Positions 19,636 to 29,420 are shown, numbered from the stretch's first letter. The stretch is 64,000 nt of DNA from Gammaproteobacteria bacterium (GCA_965243205.1 CBDEUK010000001.1:288001-352000), one strand, 5' to 3'. The notes: generated from the letters alone by a model not told the origin. Numbers and translations are program-made.

Positions 19636-20844
19636 TTATCGTAAATTGATAATTGATTGAGTGACGGAATCAGCGGTTTGAATAACTTCTGCGTTCGCTT
19701 GAAAACTTCGTTGCGCAATAATCATATTGACTAATTCTTCTGATAACTCAACATTCGAATCTTCCAATGCACCTGCTTGAATTAAACCTAAACTTGATGT
19801 TCCAGGTGCACCAACAATGACAGCACCTGATGTAAATGTTTCACCCCATGAAGTATCGCTAACAGGTTGCAAACCTGAAGGGTTAGGAAAATTTGCTAAC
19901 GCAATTTGACCTTCGACACGAGACTGTCCGTTAGTGAATCGAGTAAAAATAATACCATCAGAATCAATCTCCATATTGCTCAAACGACCGGTAGTATATC
20001 CATCTTGTGATAAGGCATTCACTGAAAAAGCTGTACCAAATTGATTGGTATTACTATAGTCGAACGCTAATGTTTGAGCAGCACCACCACCTGAAGGTGT
20101 AAATGCAGGTGATGTGATTGTTGTTGGTGCTTGAATAACACCTGATGTATTAAACGTTAAAGTATCTGGGCCATCAATTTGAGTTCCATCAACAAAACTA
20201 TATGTTTGCCATTGATTAGCAACACCAGTCTTCACATAGTACATAGATACAATATGTGAATTACCTAATGAATCATAAATCGTTGTTGATGTTGTTTGAT
20301 TGTAGCTTAATGGGTTGGTCGCATCGAACACACCTACCGTTGGTTGTGCTTCGGATGAATCTAGATTCAAACTTACTGACAAATTTGCAGTTGCTTGTGG
20401 TGGTATATTTGCGTTACTGATTTGTAACGGTGCCGCAGCTCCAGAGATATTACCACTGGCATCTGCGCTAAATGCCATCAATTGTTGATTTTGGCTGTTT
20501 GCAATAAACCCATTTCGATCCAAACCAAAAGCACCATTACGGGTATAGACTTGGTTGCCTCCATCATCAACAATAAAAAAACCACCGCCACTAACCGCAA
20601 GGTCCAAATTGTTATCCGTAAATGAAATGTTACCTTGAGTAAACTGTTGAGCAACATCGGTTAATCGGACACCACTACCTGGAGTAGTACTACTTGCACC
20701 TAAATCGGTTACTGCAAACACATCAGCAAATTCTGCACGGGATCGTTTAAATCCAGTCGTGTTTGAGTTTGCAATATTATTAGACACAACATCTAAATCA
20801 CCAGATGCTGCTTTTAAACCACTAATTGCTACTCGAAATGTCAT
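19636..20844 (-). CDS. flgE: Flagellar hook protein
   Basis: SGLKAA...NNIANSNTTGFK, YDSLGNSH, LEDSNVELSEELVNMIIAQR. Confidence 0.97.
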   Translation of the reverse strand: MTFRVAISGLKAASGDLDVVSNNIANSNTTGFKRSRAEFADVFAVTDLGASSTTPGSGVRLTDVAQQFTQGNISFTDNNLDLAVSGGGFFIVDDGGNQVYTRNGAFGLDRNGFIANSQNQQLMAFSADASGNISGAAAPLQISNANIPPQATANLSVSLNLDSSEAQPTVGVFDATNPLSYNQTTSTTIYDSLGNSHIVSMYYVKTGVANQWQTYSFVDGTQIDGPDTLTFNTSGVIQAPTTITSPAFTPSGGGAAQTLAFDYSNTNQFGTAFSVNALSQDGYTTGRLSNMEIDSDGIIFTRFTNGQSRVEGQIALANFPNPSGLQPVSDTSWGETFTSGAVIVGAPGTSSLGLIQAGALEDSNVELSEELVNMIIAQRSFQANAEVIQTADSVTQSIINLR

Positions 20845-20869
20845 AATGAATTCTCCAAATAATAATTAA

Positions 20870-21544
20870 CTACATAACTTCACTGACTTGATTAATCGAA
20901 ATCAGTCCAGCCGAACCTAAATTCAGTAATGGTTCCGAACCACCACTAGGAAGCGTTACGCTTTCCACTTTTGCATTGATTAATGTGTTTAATGAATAAG
21001 AATTACCTGCTCCTTGAGCAACCGCTTCAATCGTATATTTACCACTTGGTAAATCATTGCCGTCGGCATCTTTTCCATCCCAAGAAAAATTAACAACACC
21101 AGGTGCTTGTATTCCTAGATTTAATTGTTGTACTTGTTGACCCGTAGCATCAAAAATAGCAACCTGTAAGTTATCAACTGATGCATCGACATTGACAGCC
21201 GCTTGCATTGCCTCACCTTGCTCAAGTTGAGCAGTATTTCCTTGAATTAATACACTGCGTCCTACCAATGTTGATGCTTGTAATGCTTGGTTAGATTGCA
21301 ATTGATCCGTCAAAGCATTAAACGATTGTTGTAATTCGGTAATACCATTCACGGTTCCGAATTGCGCTAGCTGCGATAAGAAATCACCGCTTTCCATTGG
21401 GTTTGTAGGATCTTGATTTTGCATTTGGGTTAGCATCAAATCTAAAAATTCAGTCTGTCCAAGCTCTTTCTTTGATTCACGTTTGGTTTCTGTTAAAGCC
21501 AAATGTTGTAATTCTGTTGGCAAGCCTTTAATTGAATCTGTCAT
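20870..21544 (-). CDS. flgD: Hook capping protein
   Basis: FLDLMLTQMQNQDPTNP, QLAQF, WDGKDADG. Confidence 0.96.
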   Translation of the reverse strand: MTDSIKGLPTELQHLALTETKRESKKELGQTEFLDLMLTQMQNQDPTNPMESGDFLSQLAQFGTVNGITELQQSFNALTDQLQSNQALQASTLVGRSVLIQGNTAQLEQGEAMQAAVNVDASVDNLQVAIFDATGQQVQQLNLGIQAPGVVNFSWDGKDADGNDLPSGKYTIEAVAQGAGNSYSLNTLINAKVESVTLPSGGSEPLLNLGSAGLISINQVSEVM

Positions 21545-21583
21545 AATCGTAATTCCAATTCTTAATAGTTAAATGGGTCTTAT

Positions 21584-22000
21584 CTACTGCCCAAGGGTTA
21601 AAGTTCTTAACAACATTTCTTTTGAAGTATTAATCAGCTCAACATTATTTTGATACGATCTTGAAGCTGAAATCATATCTGCCATTTCTTCCATCACATT
21701 TACATTAGGCATAAAAATATAACCTTCTTCATTTGCTTGAGGATGATCAGGCTGATATAACTCTTGTAAAGGTGCGTCACTTTCAACAATGCCGGCAACT
21801 CTGACACCTGCACTGATGGCATCACCTTTCATAAAATCTTGATAGTAAGTTTTGAAAACTGGATGACGTGCTTTATAGGTTTCATTAATACTACTGGAAA
21901 CACTTTCTGCGTTAGCCATATTACTAGCCGTTGTATTCAAACGAATCGATTGCGAGCTCATCGCGGAACCAGCAACATTGAATATATTAAATAAAGCCAT
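21584..22000 (-). CDS. flgC: Rod protein
   Basis: RLNTTASNMANAES, YQPDHP, PNVNVMEEMADM. Confidence 0.97.
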   Translation of the reverse strand: MALFNIFNVAGSAMSSQSIRLNTTASNMANAESVSSSINETYKARHPVFKTYYQDFMKGDAISAGVRVAGIVESDAPLQELYQPDHPQANEEGYIFMPNVNVMEEMADMISASRSYQNNVELINTSKEMLLRTLTLGQ

Positions 22001-22002
22001 AT

Positions 22003-22392
22003 TTATTCGCCTCTGATCGCTGTTAACAACCCTGAAATGCGTCCGTTTAGAAAACGCAGGCTAGCTTGGTACATTATTGAATTTTGCATGAATTCCGAAC
22101 GCTCTAGATCTTCATCCACCGTATTCCCATCTAATGAAGGTTGACTAGGCGTGCGATATTGCAACTGCGCATTGTTTAATTGTCCTTTCCCAGCAAACAT
22201 ATGTTGCTGATGAGTGGATGCCATTGTTGCTAAAGCGGTTTTAGATTGGGAAAGCGCGGTATGGAAATCAAAGTCTCTAGCTTTATAATTTGGGGTATCC
22301 GCATTCGCCATATTAGAGGCCAATAACTCGGCCCGTTGCGAACGGAGAATTAATGACTGGGCGTGGATTCCAAAAGCTTTATCAAGATTCAT
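22003..22392 (-). CDS. flgB: Rod protein (likely ATG start 22392; ORF track extends to GTG 22401)
   Basis: LASNMANADTPNYKARD, DGNTVD. Confidence 0.96.
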   Translation of the reverse strand: MNLDKAFGIHAQSLILRSQRAELLASNMANADTPNYKARDFDFHTALSQSKTALATMASTHQQHMFAGKGQLNNAQLQYRTPSQPSLDGNTVDEDLERSEFMQNSIMYQASLRFLNGRISGLLTAIRGE

Positions 22393-22426
22393 GCATATCA
22401 CCTGTTAGTTTCAATGCATGGGTATT

Positions 22427-22442
22427 TGCATGGCTTATGCCA
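22427..22442 (-). promoter_or_regulatory. sigma54 promoter of the flgB operon
   Basis: Minus strand TGGCATAAGCCATGCA (GG-N10-GC) about 35 bp upstream of the flgB ATG; expected for polar-type flg clusters. Confidence 0.8.
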
Positions 22443-22471
22443 ATGCGCAATTTAATTATTTTTTATATAAA

Positions 22472-22484
22472 AATCAAATGCTTA
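22472..22484 (+). promoter_or_regulatory. IHF binding site upstream of the flgB sigma54 promoter
   Basis: AATCAAATGCTTA matches WATCAANNNNTTR exactly and is preceded by an A/T tract. Confidence 0.65.
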
Positions 22485-22567
22485 TATATTTAGAGAAGTG
22501 GCAATCAGGCGGCAATTTTAGTCCTTGCGGCAAACTCAGTAATACGAACAATTTATAGAAAATTAAG

Positions 22568-23425
22568 TTACTTCCTACGGTAATAAACCATATTATTTGC
22601 TGAAACCATTTCGAAATCATCGCAGTAATTTACAATAGGTTCTGAGGCACCTAAAAACAAGCATCCATTAGGGCGAATACTTTTTGCCATTTTATTAAGG
22701 ATTAAAGATTTATTTTCATTCGAAAAATAAATCAATACATTACGACAAAATATCACATCAAATTGTCCAAGTAGGCTGTAACTATTTAATAAATTAAACT
22801 CTTGAAAACGTACTCTCTGTTTAATCTTATCGTTAACCCGCATACCTTCTTCAGTTTGAGTGAAAAACTTTTGTTTCCTTTCATTGCTTAGGCCACGTGA
22901 TAAACCTAAATCATCATAGTGACCTTCACGAGCATCAGTTAATGCTCGACGGGAAATATCGGTTCCTACAATTTCAATGCCTTTGGAGAATTGTCCAGGA
23001 TTCTTATCAATATATTCTTGAAATGTAATACTAATTGAATAAGGTTCATGGCCATAAGAACAAGCCGCCGACCAAATTTTAGGTGTATGTAATTTTGTAT
23101 TCAATTCTGAAAATATTTCAGTCTTAAGAATTTCAAATGGATAATTATCACGAAACCAAGAAGTTTCATTCGTTGTCATCGCATCAACTACTTCAACTTT
23201 TAAGTCTCGATGCTGACCTGATTTTATTCCATTCACTAACTCTAATAATGAATTAAAACCATAGTGCTCTTTAATTGTCCTTAATCGGCTATTGACTAAA
23301 TAGCTTTTATTATCACCTAAAGTGATGCCACAAGATTCTTCTAAGTATTTACAAAATATTTCGTAATCTTTTTCTTCTTGGTTACTGTTTGATAAAGAAG
23401 ATGTTTCATACGCTAACCCGGTCAT
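22568..23425 (-). CDS. cheR: Chemotaxis methyltransferase
   Basis: MTTNETSWFRD, IWSAACSYGHEPYSI, FDVIFCRNVLIYF. Confidence 0.96.
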   Translation of the reverse strand: MTGLAYETSSLSNSNQEEKDYEIFCKYLEESCGITLGDNKSYLVNSRLRTIKEHYGFNSLLELVNGIKSGQHRDLKVEVVDAMTTNETSWFRDNYPFEILKTEIFSELNTKLHTPKIWSAACSYGHEPYSISITFQEYIDKNPGQFSKGIEIVGTDISRRALTDAREGHYDDLGLSRGLSNERKQKFFTQTEEGMRVNDKIKQRVRFQEFNLLNSYSLLGQFDVIFCRNVLIYFSNENKSLILNKMAKSIRPNGCLFLGASEPIVNYCDDFEMVSANNMVYYRRK

Positions 23426-23435
23426 AAATTAATTC

Positions 23436-24389
23436 CTAAGCTGCAATTTGTTTTTGATTTGGTTTTCCAAGATGTTCTAATACTCGTTTCGCTAGCTCAT
23501 CTGAGTTATATTTTGCCAAGAAATCATTTGCACCTACTTTTTTCACCATGTTTTGATTAAATGCTCCACTTAATGATGAATGTAATATGACATGTAAATC
23601 TTTCATATCAGTATGCGATTTAATATTCTTTGTTAAGGTATAACCATCCATCTCTGGCATTTCTACATCAGATAAGACTAATGAACATTTTTCGCTTATA
23701 GACATCGACGGATCTGCTTGCCACTCTTGTAATAATTCCCAAGCCTCTTTGCCATTATTCGCAGCGGTATAACTGATGTTCATTTGTTCCAATACTTTTA
23801 TAATTTGTTTTCTCGCCATGGCAGAGTCATCAACCACTAGTACATGCCTACCTTTAAATTCATCTTCTGTTCTTGATTTAGTAATTTCTTCCGAAATTTC
23901 TGAATCAAAACCCATGATATCTGCCATTACTTTTTCAACATCAATAATTTCAACAAGTTCATTATCAACATTCGTTATAGCCGTTAAAAAGTTTTGATTT
24001 CCAATGCCACTAGGAGGTGCTTTTATCTCTTCCCAATTCAAATTCACAATTCGGTCAACACTATGCACTAGGAAACCTTGAATATGACGATTGTATTCTG
24101 AAACGATTACCGATGAGTTTTCTAAATCGGTAATACCTTCTTTTCCAATTGCCATTGCTAAATCCATAATCGTAATAGTTTGCCCACGCATATTAGACAT
24201 ACCACGTATCACTGGATGCGAAAGCGGTGCGCGCGTCAATGGAGGACATTGGATCACTTCACGTACTTTAAACACGTTAATACCGAAACGTTGATTTGTA
24301 CCCAATCTAAACAAAAGCAATTCTAATCGGTTTCTTCCTACCAGTTGGGTTCTGGCATCGACACCATCCATTACACTTGCGGAACTCAT
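23436..24389 (-). CDS. cheV: CheW-receiver fusion
   Basis: NRLELLLFRL, FGINVFKVRE, receiver VVDDS...SDVEMPEMDG. Confidence 0.96.
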   Translation of the reverse strand: MSSASVMDGVDARTQLVGRNRLELLLFRLGTNQRFGINVFKVREVIQCPPLTRAPLSHPVIRGMSNMRGQTITIMDLAMAIGKEGITDLENSSVIVSEYNRHIQGFLVHSVDRIVNLNWEEIKAPPSGIGNQNFLTAITNVDNELVEIIDVEKVMADIMGFDSEISEEITKSRTEDEFKGRHVLVVDDSAMARKQIIKVLEQMNISYTAANNGKEAWELLQEWQADPSMSISEKCSLVLSDVEMPEMDGYTLTKNIKSHTDMKDLHVILHSSLSGAFNQNMVKKVGANDFLAKYNSDELAKRVLEHLGKPNQKQIAA

Positions 24390-24421
24390 TTTTATCTCCT
24401 AGAGATTTATTCTTAAGTTTT

Positions 24422-24448
24422 TTATCGACCTAAAATGACTTTTCTTGA
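24422..24448 (-). promoter_or_regulatory. sigma28 promoter for cheV-cheR
   Basis: Minus strand TCAA-N15-GTCGATAA versus consensus TAAA-N15-GCCGATAA. Confidence 0.7.
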
Positions 24449-24459
24449 GAACAATTCAT

Positions 24460-24475
24460 GGGCATATCAATTGCA
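24460..24475 (+). promoter_or_regulatory. sigma54 promoter for flgA
   Basis: GGGCATATCAATTGCA = GG-N10-GC with canonical TTGC. Confidence 0.7.
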
Positions 24476-24527
24476 TAGTTCACATTACTATGAATAACGT
24501 ATGTCTATAGATTATTAAATAAGAAAA

Positions 24528-25310
24528 ATGAATAAATTACTTAAAAATCATATATTTATAGATTTTTTGACTTGTTTACTAATGGTAAAAAAACAGTCTT
24601 TAGGCTATATCACGAAAGTTATTTATTGTTTAATGGCTGCTTTCTGTCTGATGTTATCTAATTCAGCATATTCAACTGTCAAATATCAATCAGTCGAATC
24701 TATTATAGAAACTGCACGAGATTTTACTCTGGCAAATTTATCGAAAGCAGATCAGAATCAATCTGTCATCACCAGTAATATTGATAAACGTTTACGACTT
24801 AAAGCGTGCACAAACGAACTTGAAGCTTTTTTCCCTGAATATGGCAGACGAGTGGGTAATATTACTGTAGGGGTGCGTTGTAATGGAAAAGAAACATGGT
24901 CATTATTCGTGCCTGTTTCGGTCAAAGTCTTTCGAAATGTGGTTGTAGTAAATAAACCTCTAGCCAGAGGAACCATCATTTCTGAAACAGACCTAAGCAT
25001 TGAACAGCGTAATATTAGCGCTTTTTCGAGCGATTTTTTTTCTGACTATGATTCATTGATTGGCATGGAATTAAATCGACCGATTCAAATTGGTCAGGCG
25101 ATTAGTAGTGTATATGTGAAAAAACCCATTGCGATACGTCGAGGGAATTTAGTCACATTGGTTGCAAAAAATGCAATCGTTGAGGTTAGAATGGAAGGAA
25201 AAGCGATGGCCGATGGTATGTTAGGACACAGAGTCAAGGTAAAAAACATGCGTTCTAAGCGTATCATTGAAGGAATTGTGAAATCGAGCACTGTTGTCGA
25301 AGTCTATTAG
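24528..25310 (+). CDS. flgA: P-ring assembly chaperone (true start may be downstream)
   Basis: IDKRLRLKAC, VGVRC...WSLFVPV, SAF domain, VKVKNMRSKRII; divergent from cheV. Confidence 0.93.
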   Translation: MNKLLKNHIFIDFLTCLLMVKKQSLGYITKVIYCLMAAFCLMLSNSAYSTVKYQSVESIIETARDFTLANLSKADQNQSVITSNIDKRLRLKACTNELEAFFPEYGRRVGNITVGVRCNGKETWSLFVPVSVKVFRNVVVVNKPLARGTIISETDLSIEQRNISAFSSDFFSDYDSLIGMELNRPIQIGQAISSVYVKKPIAIRRGNLVTLVAKNAIVEVRMEGKAMADGMLGHRVKVKNMRSKRIIEGIVKSSTVVEVY

Positions 25311-25320
25311 CAATAAGACT

Positions 25321-25347
25321 TAAAGTTTTTCAGAATATGCTCGATAT
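25321..25347 (+). promoter_or_regulatory. sigma28 promoter for flgM-flgN
   Basis: TAAA-N15-CTCGATAT. Confidence 0.6.
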
Positions 25348-25390
25348 AGTAGTCTAGATATAAATCAATTTTTTTAGGAGACCAAACTAG

Positions 25391-25723
25391 ATGGTTAACG
25401 AAATTAAAGGTTCAATGATTGATAGTGTTGTACAGAACCTAGCAAATAGTAAAAAAGCTGAACAATCTCAATTAAGTTCTTCAGCTTCTGCTTCATCGGA
25501 TAGTTCCAGTAATGGTGCTAGTGAAGTCACGCTTACAAATACAGCTGAAAAGCTGCAAGCACTAGAAGCACAGATTCAACAACAACCTGTTGTAGATTCT
25601 CAACGCGTCCAAGCAGTTAAACAATCTATTTTTGATGGCACGTTCAATATGGATAATCAACGTACAGCAGAAAAACTTTTGGATTTCGAAAATTTATTAG
25701 GTAACGAACCAAATAAAGAGTAA
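25391..25723 (+). CDS. flgM: Anti-sigma28 factor
   Basis: VTLTNTA...VDSQRVQAVKQSIFDGTF...AEKLL; position after flgA. Confidence 0.92.
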   Translation: MVNEIKGSMIDSVVQNLANSKKAEQSQLSSSASASSDSSSNGASEVTLTNTAEKLQALEAQIQQQPVVDSQRVQAVKQSIFDGTFNMDNQRTAEKLLDFENLLGNEPNKE

Positions 25724-25731
25724 TTTAATTA

Positions 25732-26172
25732 GTGTCTATAAATTCTAACATCGAAGAGCTAGCTCAAGTTTACACTGATGAGTTATTGCTCGCGGAAGAT
25801 TTACAAAAATTGTTGGTCGCTGAAGAAGCGGCCTTACGCAGTCGTGATTCAGAATTTATTCAAAATTGTACTGAAAAGAAAAATATTCTATTAGAACGTT
25901 TTGAATCCTTCGAAGTAAAACGTAAGGAAATACAAGATTCAGTCTCTGATACAAAAAATCAAGTAATTTCCGATAAGCATTCTAAACTTCAAAAAATGTT
26001 AGAGAATATTCAACATCAAAACACTGTAAATGCTGGCATCATTAAAGTTTCCCAAGAATTTACCCAGCAAATTCTTAATATCATGCGTGGTGTGACTCAA
26101 CATCAAACGACTTATGATCAGTCTGGAAACACTTCAAATAATAATAGCAACCAATATTTAGCTAAAGTTTAA
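25732..26172 (+). CDS. flgN: Flagellar export chaperone
   Basis: Coiled-coil, QNTVNAGII, TYDQSG; position after flgM. Confidence 0.85.
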   Translation: MSINSNIEELAQVYTDELLLAEDLQKLLVAEEAALRSRDSEFIQNCTEKKNILLERFESFEVKRKEIQDSVSDTKNQVISDKHSKLQKMLENIQHQNTVNAGIIKVSQEFTQQILNIMRGVTQHQTTYDQSGNTSNNNSNQYLAKV

Positions 26173-26185
26173 GCCCTGCCATTCC

Positions 26186-26210
26186 GATTACTGTTTTAAG
26201 TACAGTAATC
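26186..26210. terminator. Hairpin between flgN and the brake gene (possible terminator or RNA stabiliser)
   Basis: GATTACTGT-7 nt-ACAGTAATC perfect 9-bp stem; it overlaps a weak sigma28-like site (TAAA 26163, N16, TCCGATTA). Confidence 0.4.
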
Positions 26211-26222
26211 AATTTTAAGAAA

Positions 26223-27020
26223 ATGGCGTTTCCTTTAATTAAACAACTTCTCGAGAACAATGGTGTTGCTAAAAAGAAAGTAGCCACACCTAATCTTAGA
26301 ATAATTAATGATAAACCAGTTGATTCTTTGGTCATGGACCAAGAAGAAATTGAAAATATTTTGTATAAAATGCAAAAGAATCATGCCTTATTAACGGTTG
26401 AGATGAATGATGGAAAAATCCTTTCAAGTAGCATGATTCTGGAAATTAATATCAGAGAACAATATTTAGTTATTGATGAATTCTTTCCTAAACGGCTCAA
26501 TAAACAAATTGATATCAATGATAATATTGAAATAAGTTGTAATCATACTGGCTCATCATTAAGGTTTATGTCACAAATTTTGGCAATTGCTGAAAAGGAT
26601 AATGCTCCTTATTATAAGATTCCTTTTCCAGATATTGTTGAATATTCTCAACGACGACAAAGTCATCGTGTACCAATTAGTATGGCAACACCATCCAAAA
26701 TAACATTTACGACGGAAAATAATTCTGTTATTCATGGGATCCTAAAAGATATATCGTATGGTGGCTTCTGTGCTAGATTAACCCCACCAATCTCAGAACG
26801 ATTTAAACCAGGGTCTCATATTCCAAAATGTATTTTACAATTACCAAGTGCAGGTGTGATTGTATGTACCTCTGAAGTTCGAAGAATGTTTGTTAGTAAC
26901 GGTTCTGGAATACCCATGATGGGATGTCAATTTGGGGATATGAATGGGCCCGATAGAAAATCATTACAACAAACCATTGTAAAGCTAGAACGAGAATTAA
27001 TGAAACAAATAAAACGTTAG
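26223..27020 (+). CDS. ycgR: Flagellar brake protein, PilZN-PilZ c-di-GMP receptor (YcgR/FlgZ-like)
   Basis: QRRQSHR (RxxxR) and DISYGG (DxSxxG) PilZ motifs; position after flgN. Confidence 0.85.
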   Translation: MAFPLIKQLLENNGVAKKKVATPNLRIINDKPVDSLVMDQEEIENILYKMQKNHALLTVEMNDGKILSSSMILEINIREQYLVIDEFFPKRLNKQIDINDNIEISCNHTGSSLRFMSQILAIAEKDNAPYYKIPFPDIVEYSQRRQSHRVPISMATPSKITFTTENNSVIHGILKDISYGGFCARLTPPISERFKPGSHIPKCILQLPSAGVIVCTSEVRRMFVSNGSGIPMMGCQFGDMNGPDRKSLQQTIVKLERELMKQIKR

Positions 27021-27023
27021 TGT

Positions 27024-27662
27024 TTAATCCAAATACTGATTAATCCACTCAATATGATCTAATTTTTTTAAATCGTCATATTCGTCAATATCAATTAATT
27101 TTTCAGTTTTATAACACGACAAATTATCTTTTTTAATACGTTCAACAGTCTTATTAAATACCGTTGAGGTTCCCCATTCAATACTATTAAACAAATTAAG
27201 GTTTGCTTTTTTGAGCCCAATTAAATAATAACCACCATCATTTGACGGGCCTATCACAACATCATTGTTCTCTAGTGCAGCCACTGCATTAGTTAATACT
27301 GAGACACTAATTTCAGCACAATCACAGCCTACTAAAATAACCATTTTATACTTTGCAAGCATCTCTATAAATGCATTATGCATTCGCTCCCCTAAATCAT
27401 CACCTTTTTGTAATTGAAAGGAAATTGAAAGATTATTTTTATAGGTATTGAAAAATCGATGATTAATTGAAGGAGTTGTAAATATATATGTATCTATGTT
27501 TTTTAATTTAGTTACTGTATTAAGAGTATGTTGCAGTAATTCACAATATAAATTATAAGCATTTCTTCTACCCAGTTCTGGAATCAGTCTTGTTTTAACT
27601 TTCCCTAATTCTGGATTCTTAGTGAAAATAACAATTGCTATATCATTTTTCATACAAGGCAT
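27024..27662 (-). CDS. TIGR04282/DUF2064-type glycosyltransferase (arsenosugar-associated)
   Basis: FTKNPELGKVKTRL, QKGDDLGERM, GPSNDGGYYLIGL, DIDEYDDL. Confidence 0.9.
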   Translation of the reverse strand: MPCMKNDIAIVIFTKNPELGKVKTRLIPELGRRNAYNLYCELLQHTLNTVTKLKNIDTYIFTTPSINHRFFNTYKNNLSISFQLQKGDDLGERMHNAFIEMLAKYKMVILVGCDCAEISVSVLTNAVAALENNDVVIGPSNDGGYYLIGLKKANLNLFNSIEWGTSTVFNKTVERIKKDNLSCYKTEKLIDIDEYDDLKKLDHIEWINQYLD

Positions 27663-28341
27663 TTAATTTCTTTGGCGAAACGTTAAAGAAATACGCTAAC
27701 CTTAAATACCACATTAACAATATTGTTTTTAACACTCCATTTTTTTCCCAACGTCGAGCAGAGGTTACAACGGTTTCTTTTAAACAAATTGGTTTATGAT
27801 ATTTTCTTAATTTTTTTGAAATGGCAATATCTTCCATTAGAGCTACTTCTGGATATCCTTTAATCGATGAAAATAATTTTTTAGTAATAAAAATACATTG
27901 ATCGCCAGTTGCAATCGAAGTAATGCGCGAACGTAGATTCATAAAAAAGGCAATGACTTTGTAGATAAATTTAGAGTTTGATAGTTTGACATCAAATCGA
28001 CCCCAAATCTTTTTATTAAGTTCTAAATTTAACAGTTCTGTAAAACAACTATCTGAGACGATTGTATCGACATGCAAAAATAATAATAAATTGCCAGAGG
28101 CTTGTTTAGCGCCTAAATTCATTTGGATAGCACGACCTGGTTCACTCAATAAAAATTGATCAACTAACGGTTGCGAAATTTCTGCAGTTTTATCAGAACT
28201 ACCACCATCAACAACAACAATTTCATGGCCTTGTTGACGATATACTTGCAGTCGATTAAGCGATGTTTCTATCGTTTCTGCTTCATTTAATGCAGGAATG
28301 ATAATCGAAATTTTATTAACTATTGTAATGCGCCTCCACAA
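27643..28341 (-). CDS. TIGR04283-type GT2 glycosyltransferase (arsenosugar-associated)
   Basis: SIIIPALNE, VVDGGSSD, GRAIQMNLGA, ATGDQCIF, LMEDI, TSARRW; true start likely near VNKISII. Confidence 0.9.
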   Translation of the reverse strand: MWRRITIVNKISIIIPALNEAETIETSLNRLQVYRQQGHEIVVVDGGSSDKTAEISQPLVDQFLLSEPGRAIQMNLGAKQASGNLLLFLHVDTIVSDSCFTELLNLELNKKIWGRFDVKLSNSKFIYKVIAFFMNLRSRITSIATGDQCIFITKKLFSSIKGYPEVALMEDIAISKKLRKYHKPICLKETVVTSARRWEKNGVLKTILLMWYLRLAYFFNVSPKKLNALYEK

Positions 28342-29258
28342 CTACTTCCTTGACCTGCTGTACAAGCATAACAATGGTCGGCTATAAGAATTTCAGAATC
28401 GTATAAATCATGATCATTTAAATCCGAAATATGTAATGGAGCATTTTTAGTAATTTTAAAATCCAGCATTTGATTGAAATCACAATCATATACATATCCT
28501 TGCCAATCTATGCTGATTAGTGAACGACACATAACATTATCTAAATTATTACTAACATAGTTATCTTTTAATAACTGTATATAATTTTCTAAATTTCCTT
28601 CATGTTGTAATTGTTTAGCAAAACGATTAATCGGCATATTGCAGAGAACATAGAGTTGATCAAAAACGATAGCATAATCCTCTCTTAATCTTTTTTTATA
28701 ATCGAGTTCTAACTGTTTCTGTTCTGGTGGCAATACAGCTTGCTGGGGATTGTAAACCAAACTCAATTTCTTATTAGTATCTTCTTTTCCATATCCTAAT
28801 TTGTTTAGTTTCTGAAGCGCGAGAATACTTTTATCAAAAACACCCTTGCCTCTTTGTTGATCTACATTCTTTTCACTATAACAGGGTAATGAAGCAACTA
28901 TCTCCACATCATTTTTAGCTAAAAACTCGGCTAATGCTTCTTGTCCTGGCTCAAGTAAAATAGTTAGATTACAACGATCGATTATATGTACATTTAAATC
29001 TTTTACAGCCTTTACTAAATATTGAAATTTAGGATGTAATTCAGGTGCTCCACCAGTAATATCGATAGTTTCAATCTTATGATCTTTTATATATTGAATA
29101 ATATGCTCAATAACTTCGTCACTCATCATCTCGATACGTTTAGGTCCTGCATCTACATGACAATGCACACAAGCTTGATTACATTTTAATGTAATATTCA
29201 CTTGTAAAGTCTTTAAGTGTTTTCGACGGATATTTGGGAAATCAGTTTGTATTTGCAT
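28320..29258 (-). CDS. arsS: Arsenosugar biosynthesis radical SAM protein (likely start 29258)
   Basis: LQVNITLKCNQACVHCHV (CxxxCxxC), IDRCNLT, ASLPCY, YDCDFNQ, C-terminal HCYACTAGQGSSCGG. Confidence 0.9.
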   Translation of the reverse strand: MQIQTDFPNIRRKHLKTLQVNITLKCNQACVHCHVDAGPKRIEMMSDEVIEHIIQYIKDHKIETIDITGGAPELHPKFQYLVKAVKDLNVHIIDRCNLTILLEPGQEALAEFLAKNDVEIVASLPCYSEKNVDQQRGKGVFDKSILALQKLNKLGYGKEDTNKKLSLVYNPQQAVLPPEQKQLELDYKKRLREDYAIVFDQLYVLCNMPINRFAKQLQHEGNLENYIQLLKDNYVSNNLDNVMCRSLISIDWQGYVYDCDFNQMLDFKITKNAPLHISDLNDHDLYDSEILIADHCYACTAGQGSSCGGALQ

Positions 29259-29343
29259 AATTATGATATGACCTAAATAATAAAAATAATTCACTATTTA
29301 TCGAAAAAGAATTTATTGAGTATAATTATTATGGAAATCATAC

Positions 29344-29420
29344 GCCCTGATAGCTCAGCTGGATAGAGCGTCCCCCTCCTAAGGGGAAGGTCGCAGGTTC
29401 GACTCCTGCTCAGGGCGCCA
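29344..29420 (+). tRNA. tRNA-Arg (anticodon CCT)
   Basis: GCCCTGA/TCAGGGC acceptor stem, D-arm TAGCTCAGCTGGATAGAGC, anticodon arm TCCCC-CTCCTAA-GGGGA, GGTTCGACTCC T-arm, encoded CCA. Confidence 0.96.

Noticed and set aside
26186-26210. Palindrome resembling a LexA box
   Set aside because: CTGT-ACAG spacing is 7, not 8; better explained as an RNA hairpin
12128-27020. The flagellar cluster itself as novel
   Set aside because: The flgN-M-A / cheV-cheR / flgB-L order is the standard Pseudomonas/Vibrio-type arrangement
28320-28350. Selenocysteine at the ArsS C-terminus
   Set aside because: The codon is TGT (SSCGG) and the ORF ends at TAG
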